Source: a virus
Taxonomy: Duplodnaviria > Caudoviricetes
Virus record (IMG/VR): IMGVR_UViG_3300001598_000037
Coordinates: 1 to 64,000 of that record
Length of the DNA stretch: 64,000 bases
Reading direction: 5' to 3' (one strand)
Position 1 is the first letter of the stretch. The number at the start of each line of letters is the position of its first letter. Both the position numbers and the translations under genes were made by a program. The notes beneath the pieces are model-generated. The model did no database searches. It was not told the origin of the DNA and saw nothing but the letters and a program-made list of their open reading frames with translations. Below are positions 6,866-17,600 of this stretch, one piece after another.

Positions 6866-9800
6866 ATGGCTAATGTAATTACTTTAAATTTCAAAGATAA
6901 CACAAATCTTAAAAAAGAAATTAATAAACTTGATGATTTCACAGATGAAATGAAAAAGAGTTTGATCAATTATTTGACTCAAGCTAATGAAGCAATAGTA
7001 GATAAACAAATTGCTTCAGAAAAAACAGTTGAACAAACTATTAGTTATCTTAATAAAGTTATGGGACAATTTAATAAAGAAGTGTCTATGTTTACTAAAA
7101 AAACAGCCCACGGCACAAATTTATATTTAGGTCTACATGAAAAAGGCACTCAAATTGATCCAAGCAAGATTGCAAAAGAAATGACTATGAAATTAGGAGT
7201 CATTGAAAAGGGTGTAGAACAAACATATAAAGGTCTACAACATGACTTGCTCGTAATGACACAAGACGGCGTTATGGGTGCTCAACAAGCTATATTAGAA
7301 ACTATAGGCGGTATGGTAGAAACAATTGATATTGAATCAAAAGAATGGGCAAGCAATTTAAAAGCTGCTCTTACAAAAGGTACTGCTGGTTTTCAAACTT
7401 TACAAAGACGTGCAAAAAAAGAAGTTGAAGCGCAACCTCAATTTATTTCGAAGAGCGATCAAAGTGATTTCAATCGTCAAATGCAAATGGTTGATAATCA
7501 AATAAAAAATGCGATTAATGGAACTAAAACTATAAATATGACTAAATACTTCCATGAAATGATGTATCGTGGTGGTCAAGGTACACAATTTGCTGGTCTT
7601 AGTAAAATAATGAATAAATATCGTCAATTAGACAAAGTTTATAAAATGCAAGGGGCAGGTTTTGATAAATTCAGAGAAGATGCTGCCATGTTAATTTCTC
7701 TAAAACAAGCAGGTTATACTAATAAAGAGTTAGTAGGTAAAAATGGTTTTGAATTATTTAAGGACTGGACCGAAAAAGATCTTAAAAACTTTTTCGATTT
7801 ACAACAAATTGCCAAAGTAATTAAATTACCTGGTAATATTAATAATACATCTCAAAGCTCGTTAAAACATGGACAAATTAGTATTGGAGGAGCTGAACAA
7901 ACTTTTGGTGGTTTAGGCAAAAATTTCTCAAGAAAATTTATGCAAAATTTACAAGAAGCCAAGAATATAGTCGCTCCTACACATGGTATTAAAAAGCGTT
8001 TCGGAACTCAAAATGAAAATTATGATGCTCATGATTATGGAACTTTAACTTCTGACGAAAAAGCAATGTCAGGATTTTTAAGGACATTAGAAGCTGATTT
8101 ACGCAAACAATTAGAATCAGGTTCTGATGCAAATTTTAAGAAGATGTCCGCTGCTCGTCAAAATGAATTAATTAGAAAGAAAATTGTTCAACAATATGGT
8201 GATGTATATAATGCGTTTAGAGAAGGTAAAGTATTTGTCGCAAAAGATCTCCAAGAAGATTTAATTAAAGAAGAAAAAGGATCTATAAGTGTTAGCGGAG
8301 ATAAATGGAAAGCAGAATTAGAAAAACAACTTAAACTTTCTTTAAAAGATAGTAAATATAAGAGTTTAAATTTAAAGAAAGGTACTACTTTTGATTCTAT
8401 TGTATCAGGTGCACAATATAAAGAATTAAGAGAAGAAGTTATGAAAAATGCGCTAGGAGTATTAGATCCTAGAGTTTTAGCTCATAAAAATAGTTTAAAA
8501 ATTAATCCTGCAAATATTATTACAAATGGTATTATGAAGGATATTCAATGGTCTTACAGTGAAGCATTACATAATGGAAGCAAATTAATTGCGCCTGGAC
8601 AAGATGAGCGTGTTACTACCACTCTTGTGGATCGCAAATTTATTGAAAAATTTGCTGAATATGTTTTAGGTAAAGATTACGCAAAATTTAATAAAAATCA
8701 TAAAGTAGACGTATTAAAAGGCCGAGAACATGAAATGGGTTATAAGACTATGGCCAGTGATATTACTGGTATTACAAAGTCTTTAATTCAAGAACGTGTG
8801 GCCGAAGGATCATCGGCTGGTCAAACAGAAGAACAAGTTATTACACAAATTAATAAAGAATTAAATAAATTTTTAAAAGATAACGGATACGGTTCTGTCA
8901 AAGCTGAAAATGGTAAAATATTAGATAATACAGCTGTTTTAGAAACTATTAATAAAATTAAAGATGAGTCTTTACGTATTCAAAAAACTGAAGAATTTTT
9001 AATGGGCTGGTTTAATACTCTAAAAGCGGGTACAGCCGAACATTTTATACAACAAGTAGTTGACAGCGAAGGAAATATTAAATATAAAAAAGACAGTAAA
9101 GGAAATTTTATATTAGATAGTAATAATAATAAAATTCCAGAAATTCGTTCAGGTATTAAATTTAATACTCCTGCTTTTGGTTATAATTCATATGCATTAC
9201 ATAATGCGAGAAGTTATGATGACGTCTTTATTAAAGCACAAAGAAACGGTCAAGGTTGGGGTATTGGTGGTTATAGAGGACGTCAATCTTTAGGACTAAG
9301 TACAGGAATTGCTCGTTCAATTGCTGGCAGTGAAAGAGATTTAGAAAGAATTAAATCATTAGAAATGGTCCTAGACTCTATGTATAGTAATACAACTATG
9401 AGTTCGGAGCAATATGACGACTTAAAAAAAATGGCTCAAAAAATTAATCCACTTAATCAACCAGACCGTTCGAAAATTGGTCAAAATAACATCATTGACC
9501 TTAAAGAACTATATGGTATGAAAGAAATGGAAGAATTAGGGGAAGAAGATTACGTCGGAGGTAAAATTACTCAAGAGGCTTTCTCAAAAACTATTGAAGG
9601 TAAAATTGGTAAAATCATTAATGAACGAAATATCACAGGAGATGTATATGTTCAAACTCCTAATGGCGATTTAATTTATGTACCATCATCTGATAGCCAA
9701 GAGTTGGGCAAAATCGCTGGCGGCACGTCAAAAAAACGTCTTGAACAACTTACAGATGGAGATAAAGTTCAAACTGTAGTTAGTTCAGATATTATGATGC

Positions 9801-11638
9801 AAGGATCTGGCTTTGGTTCTTATATTAATAGTTTACTTAATACATATTTTGATGACGAAGGCAATAGGAAGCAAATCACAGAAAAAACACATGAGTTTGT
9901 ACAAAATGCTCAAGAGACTTACTACAATACAGTTAATACATCCTTCCAAAAAGGTGGAATGATTTATGATGCTGCTTCTCATAGCGCGAGTACGTCAGCT
10001 ACGTATGGAAAATCTGAAAGTTTTAATACACATGAAGTGGAACAATTATATCAAGAATATAAAGACGCAACTGATCCTGAAGACAAGGCATTGTTAAAAC
10101 AAAAAATTTTACAAGCTACAGGCGGTATTACATTATCAAAAGATAATTTAGCAAAAATGCTAACAACTGCACCTGAATTAGATGGTGAAGATAAGAAGAA
10201 ATGGAAAGAAGTTAATAATGCTCGCTTACTTGGAATGTACAAGGCGTTAAGAGATAAATATCAACAAAATTCGGCCTACACATTCGAAGGTGATGAAAAA
10301 ATTGGCAAATGGGATAGCAAAAAGTTGGCCTCTGAAATTGCTAGTATCGTAGACACAGAACGAGAGGGATATAACGGGGAAAGTTTAGCCTCTATTGTTG
10401 GCCGTTATCCATTTTCACATGGTGAAGACTTAAAATTTGCAGGTTTAAGAGTTGCAGGAAATTCTGATGTTGTTAAAATCGGAACAGGATTAGCTAAAGA
10501 AATAAATGCGGACTTCGATGGTGACTCTATTCTTTCAATGTTATTAGGTTTTAATATTAAAGATTTTAGAGAAAAAACAAAAGAACAAATTGCACAAATT
10601 TTCCAAGAAGCTACAACTGCATCTTATAAAATTCAAGAAGTGCATGAAAAAAGAGCTCAAGTAGCTGCGGCTGCTCAAGCTATGGCACAAAAAAAAGATG
10701 AAGAAGAATGGGCTGCTGCTGGATTAACCCTTGATGAACAAAAAGCCCTTAAAGTTGCAGCCGCTGGACAAAGAACCGCTATTGAAGCAGGTATTGCTGA
10801 AAGATTTGGTAAAGAGAAAGTTGGACAATTTTCTAATATTTATCAAAATTTACACAATGGTCTAGTAGGCATGAAAATCAGTTCTGAAGGAAATTTACAA
10901 GGTAAAGACAGTGAAGATGCAATGGCTGCATTGGCAGTGAGCTCGATTTTTGAAGCTGTTACGCAAGAAGCAATTTCATCTAAAAAAATATTAGAGGGTG
11001 GAGTCGAAGGCAAGTTCTTCAAGAATTATATGAATAATATAATGAAACTAACATCCATGTTTGATCCTACTAAAGAAGGAGATTTCCAACAAAAAGATTT
11101 CTTCAAAATTTTAGATGATTTAGGTATTAATGCGGGTTTTAAAAAAGGAGAAGGCTCTTCATTTTTCGCATCAAGAATTGGTACACAAATTGCTACAGAA
11201 ATGTTGCAGTTTGGTAATCGAGCAGAGGCACAAGAAAATTTATGGAATTTAATATCAAGTTCTGGTTATAATGGAACTAAAGACGATTTTCTAAAGATTC
11301 TTCCTCAATTTGATGAAAACGGCGTATTAAATACTGCCGAATATGAAAAAAATAAAGATGCGTTTGAGAACCTATTTACAAAAGATGTTTTATCTGGTAT
11401 GTTTACAAAGTTAAACACTAGTTTAACAGGTAAAAATTGGCAAGATACATGGAATAGAGTTTTCACAGCTGGACAGAATGGTATATTTGACATAGCTACT
11501 CATAAAGCCGATAGACCTGGTACAGAAAAGATGATCGATGTTGACGCTGCTATGGAAGCCCAAATGCAAGGCATGGGAGCTTTCGTTGGTAGTTTAATTG
11601 AGGCAACATCAGCATTAAAAGAATTTACTGGTGCCCTA
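6866..11638 (+). other. Putative virion RNA polymerase region of the tape measure polyprotein
   Basis: RYPFSH (nt 10403-10420) and NADFDGD (nt 10505-10525), spaced like NRxPxLH...NADFDGD of beta-prime; downstream VGQFSN and QEAISSKK resemble the motif order of single-chain two-barrel polymerases. Confidence 0.75.
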
Positions 11639-14600
11639 GGCGGCTCTGGAGGCGGCGGAGGCGGAGGAGGTATCTTCCGTAGTCCATTTGATGTGGCTAA
11701 GCAATTGGGTGAAAATGAAAAAGGATTAATTAATTCATTTAATTCTTGGTCAGCATCTAAAATTACAAATGCTTTAAATCCAACAAATTATGACAATCAA
11801 CAATATCTAGATAAACAAATCAAAGATATTATTGAGGGAAAAGCTAAATATAAAAATGACTTCTTTGGCTATGGTAGCGCTGAAGAATTACAACAAGCAG
11901 TCGGCGGACATTATCTAGCTGCAGATGCTGGTCACGTTTCAGAAGACGTTGCCAACGTATTTATGCAACTAAAGAAAATGGGCTTAGACGGTAAGTATAA
12001 GAGTTTTGATGCAGTATATAATGATGTTCAAAGAGGTGCTTTTAAAGGAGTTAAAGGTGTTTCAACGCTTAAAGGTTTAACAGAAACAGCTTATAGAACT
12101 ATTTATGGCGGTAAAGTTGGTAAAGATCGCGTAATCGGATATAAAGAAAAAGAAGAATTATTACAACAAGCATTGGGCGATTTATATGGTGACTCAACTT
12201 TAGCAAAACAAATAGAAACAGGTATTGGCCAAAGCGACATGTTATCAACCTTATTAAATTTCAGAGGATATGATAAAACTAGTAGCGGCACTGAAACTAT
12301 TTCAGCAGGTTTTTTAGGAAATCAAGGCACTATTACTAGAGCCGACTATTCTACTTTATTAAAAACCGATGCGTTCGGTAATAAGAAAGACACTTTCGCA
12401 TTCTTTGATTTTAAAAATAAAGATAAAAAAGCTGTCGGTGTTAGTGACGTTATTCAAGGTGTTTTAAACTATAATAACCTTGAAACTATGAGACAACTTG
12501 CTCATCAATATGAAAATTTTGAAGATTTTAAAGATTTAGATATCTATAAAAATTTACAATCTTCTTGGGAATATTTTAACCCAGGCGAAAAATTTGATGG
12601 TGCAAATTATTTTAAGAGTTTAAAGAAAGCCGATAAGGTTGAAGGTTACGTAGCTCAAGGTAATAAATTACATAAATTAAATATTGACCAAACTAGCCTT
12701 TCTCGTTATATGAAGATCGTTGATAATTTAATGAATGGCAACGGCACTTTAGATGATTATCGAGATGAAATTGGTCGTTTATATAGTAATATCCCTCTTC
12801 CAGGAACAGTAGATTTACCTGGAAATGAGTATATGGGAAAAGGTATTGGATTGGCCAAGGATTATTTAAATGTTCAAGACAAAATTGATGCATTAAATGA
12901 TCGTAAAGGACAAATTGAAGGCAATTCTGAAGCTGAGGAAAAATATAAAAAAGTACTAGAGGAAGAAATTGCATTACTTCAACAACGTAAGAATTTAATT
13001 GAAGAAGCTATTAAAGCTGACGATAGTAAAGCTGGTATTGATAAAGATATTCAAGACGAATATCAAAAACGTGCAGACAAAGAAGCTGAACGACAAGCGA
13101 AATTAGATGAAGAAGCCAGAAAAGAGGCTGAAAAAGAGCAAAAACAAAAACAATTGCAATTTAATCAAAATCTTAAAGGTTATGATGCATTACTTAAAGA
13201 AAAAGCTAAATTAGATGCTGAATTATATAAAGTTGAACACCAAGGCGGTAATCTAAAAAATCCGCAAGCTACTCAAGATTATATTAAGGAATTAAAGAAT
13301 CAACAACAATCTAAAGAAGCTGAAATTCAAACTTATCTTGCTGAACATGATATGAGTCTTAATCCAGAAGAAGTTGATAAAATTAAAGAAGAGGTAGATA
13401 ATGCTGCTCATTTAAAACAATTAAAAACTGATACTGGTATTAAAGTTAATGAATATTATGGTTTTTTGAGCGATAAACAATTAGTTAGTGCTAGTGGAAA
13501 TGTTCGCGCACAATTGGCCGAAAAAGAAGATCAATTAAAGAGTAGTTCGGTAGTTACGGCAACCTTAACAGAAGCCGAGCAGTTAGAAGCCGAGATATTT
13601 AAAAATGATCTTAAAGAGGAAATTGCTCTTTTAGAAAGAAAGAAAGAGTTAATTGACGATGCGATTGCGGCTATTGATGATCCAAAGAGAAGAGAAGCAA
13701 TCAATGGTGAAGCCGCGATGAAAGAACGAGCTAAACAAGCTCGTTTAGAAGAAGATCATCTAAAAGAATATCAATCATTAATAAAAACACGTACTGTTAC
13801 TAATAAACAGTTTATGGATGCGGCATATAATACAACCTTTGCTAAAGATCCAAAACAACAACAATATTTTGCTCAAAATCAAGCAGAATTAAAAAAACAA
13901 TTAGAAGAGCAAGATCGAATCATTAAACAATTTGAGGAAACTCATGGTTATGATAATAATGATAAGGCGAAGAAAATTCGTGACGATGCAGCCGCTAAAA
14001 GCCAAATTGAGCAAAATAATATTATGGCCCGTGCTGTGCAAGCCGAAAAACAACAAGGCGTTCGTGGATTTATTGGTAGTTTCGGTTCGAATTTCGCAAA
14101 ATCTGCTAAGCAATTCTTAATGTATCAAACTTCATTTAATGCGTTGTTCCAAAAATTAAGACAAGGTCTTAAAACTGTTGAAACACAAGTTAAATCAATG
14201 AATAAATCATTAGTGGATTTACAAATTGTTACAGGTAATACTAAAGAAGAAACAATGAGTTTACTTACATCTTATAGTAAATTAGGTAAACAACTTGGTG
14301 CAACTACTACGGAAGTTGCTAATGCTGCTAACTCTTGGTTAAGACAAGGTTATGAAGCTGCTGATGTTACAGAACTAGTTACATCTTCTTTATATCTAAG
14401 TAAATTGGGTATGATCGACTCTGCTCAAGCTACACAAAATTTAACATCAATGTTAAAAGGTTTTAAACTTGAGGCTAGCGATGCAATTAGTGTTGTAGAT
14501 AAATTAGTTAGTGTTGATATGAAAGCAGCTGCCAGTGCAGGTGGTATTGCTGAAGCATTAAGTCAATTTGCTACAACTGCACAATTATCTGGTTTAGATA

Positions 14601-17600
14601 TGGACAAAGCTATTGCGATGGCGACAACTATTATGGACGTATCACAAGCAGCTCCTTCAAGTGCAGGTAATGCATTAAAAACCATTCTTTCTAGATTTGG
14701 TAATGTTAAAGCTGGTGCTTTTGAAGATATGGGCGAAGGAGAAGACGGCACATCAATAAACGATGTTGAAAGAGTTATTAAAACTTTGGGTATTTCACTC
14801 AAAGATAGTAAGGGCGATCTTCGTGATTTTAGTGATGTGTTGGAAGATATCGCTGAAAAATGGGCAAGTATTGATGAAATTAGTAAAAATGCGTTGGCAA
14901 CAGCTTTTGCTGGTACAAGACAACGTGAATCATTCCTTGTTTTAATGGAAAATATGGATAAATACCATGAATTAATTGAAGTATCGGCTAATTCAGAAGG
15001 TACTGCAATTAAAAAATATAATGCTTATTCTGATAATTTAGAAGCATCTCAAAAGAGAGTTGCGGCAGCATGGGAAGAATTAGGTAATAATGTTAATTTA
15101 CAAAATTTAATGATTAAAATTAATGAAATTATCGAAAAACTGGTAGATATTCTTCCTTCATTAATTAAATGGACTGAGAGAATTGCCTCTTTACGTATCG
15201 GTGCTGGACTCGGCCGTATTCTTGGTACAGGGCTTACTACTGGTCTCGCAGGAGCTGGTAGTCGTTTATCTGGTTTAGGAGTAGTAGGCGGCATTAAAAC
15301 CGTGGCGTCCGACGTTACTTATGGCGGAGTTTCATTACTGGGAAAAGGTCTTAAAGGCATAGGTGGCTTACAAGGTTATAAAATGAATCAATCACAAACA
15401 GTGATTCAAACATTAATATCTAAAGTTACTACCTTACAGCGTGCCATTGAAACGAATACACGTGCTGTTTTAGGAAATACACAAGCCGAACAGCAAGATA
15501 ATCAAAATGGAACAGGTGGATCAACACCAATATTTAATAGTGGTGGATATGTAGCGGCGCAAAATTTAATTAATACTCAAGGAACAACAATTAATGGCAC
15601 TCAAGTATTACAACATACTTATAAAAATAAAACATATCAAATGGACCCTAAAACAGGGAAAATGTATAAAGTTCTTAAGAACGGACAATTATCAAAATGG
15701 GCGGCTCCGTCTAGAGTGACCAAAGATATGGTACAAAAAGATTCTACTGGTACTTATCAAAATTATTTTAATCAAATGAGATTAGATCAAGGTAAGACTT
15801 TAAATAAACAACAAATAAACAATATTAATAGTCAGATTGCTTCTAATAATAAAACCCTTCAAGGTTGGACGAAAAACGACAAAGGTCAATGGATATCAAA
15901 GAAAACAGGAAAAGTAGCGAATAAGAGTTGGACTACACGCTTAAATAATGCCCAAGCTAGTAATGAACAATTACAAGCACAACAACAACAAAGTGAGGCT
16001 AATAAAGCACAAAAAGGTAGTGCGGCTGCTGGAGTTATGATTCAGATGGGCGCAGCGATGGCAATGGGAGGACTTATGGGCTCTCAAAATTATGCTAAAT
16101 CTTCGACTATTACTGATTCGACTGGCCAAGAAATTCAAGCGGCTATGACAAAAGAAGAAGAAGCGACAAGTAGAAAATGGAGTACTGTATCAGGTATTGC
16201 TTCTGGTATTCCAATTTTCGGTCCAGCTTTTTCACATTTATATGATTTAAGTGTAAAAAACAATTGGGGTAACAAATATGGCGTCAGTCGAGGCTTAGCT
16301 CGATCAGAACAAGAAGCAGCCAATAGTAAAAAGACATTGAATGCTATTACAGGAAATCTTGATAAATTTGCCAAAGCTGCAAGTTCGGGCGATTTAGATA
16401 GCGGTAAAAAAGAATTAGATGATATGATCTCGACTTTATATAAACGAGATGAAGAAGGTCGTGATGTAAATAAAACAGGAAGAGAACAGTATGAAAAATA
16501 TTTAAAAAATATTTTAGGTGATAAGTTCGGTTCTAATTTATTAGAAATTACTAAAAATGTTGAAGGTGATGTCGCCGCACAACGCGAATTATCTCAAGCA
16601 ATGTTAATTGCCCAAGAACAGGCAAATAGAGAAAATTTTATTGCTTCAAATGCAAAAGAAAACAATCAACGCGGAAAAGCGGCTGACGAAGCTTGGTTAA
16701 AATATAAAGACAGTGATTATCAAGAAAAAGTTAAGGCGGCTGGTAATAAGGCTGGATGGGAAACTGGCGCTACGGTTGGTGTAGCATCTGCCGCCGCCGT
16801 TATTGGTGTCGGAGCTGCTATTGCAGGCGGCTTGTCTAGTATTCCTGTTGCTGGTTGGATTGCGGCTGGTGCAACTATGGTTGTAACGGGCGTTACTGCT
16901 GGTATTGTGGCAGCCAAGGAAGCAGAGTTAAAGAAACAAGCTGAATTAGAAGCTGCAAATGCCGAACGTGGTAAAACATATGAAGATAAAATAAATGAAG
17001 TTGAAGCGGCCATTGATTTAGCTCGTACTGAAGGTGATACTGCTGCAATTTCTGAACTTCAAGAAATCAAAGATACATTACAACAAATTCAAATTGAACA
17101 AGAGCAATATTACAAGGAATTAGACGAATCATATGCAAAAGAAGCTGTTCTAGGTATGAAGAGTGCTGACGGTACTTTCTTAGCCAACTTCTCAGAAGCT
17201 CAACTAAAACAAAATATTGGTAAAAATGGTATTGAACAAGCATTTGGAGAATATTTAGAATCTATTGGTGGTTTATATAATTCTGATGTATTTAGTACCG
17301 ATGGATCATTGTCTGAATATGCTCAATCATTATTAAAAACTGCCATTAAAGAAAATTCCACATTAAATGCTGTGTATACTGGAAATGCATATACATTATC
17401 AGAAGCTTTACAAAAGAATGATACAGATTTATTACAAAATTTTGCCACTGCTTTAGGAGTTTCGGTTGATGCATTGAGTAATATGGAGGATCAATTTGGA
17501 CGTATTGAACTCGGCGATTTCATGTCGACGATTGATGATTTGAATACTAAGATGAGTAAATTAACTGAAAATATTACTTTCTTAACTGATTCAACTAAAT

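Noticed and set aside
10400-10525. A captured cellular rpoC gene
   Set aside because: Only core motifs are recognisable. Other beta-prime hallmarks (N-terminal zinc finger, continuous similarity) were not seen, and the region is fused in frame to a tape measure core, which fits a diverged phage enzyme.
7400-17013. Numerous 60-97-aa minus-strand and alternate-frame ORFs inside the tape measure gene (and similar ones inside other genes)
   Set aside because: Shadow ORFs of long coding regions, with no SDs or motifs.
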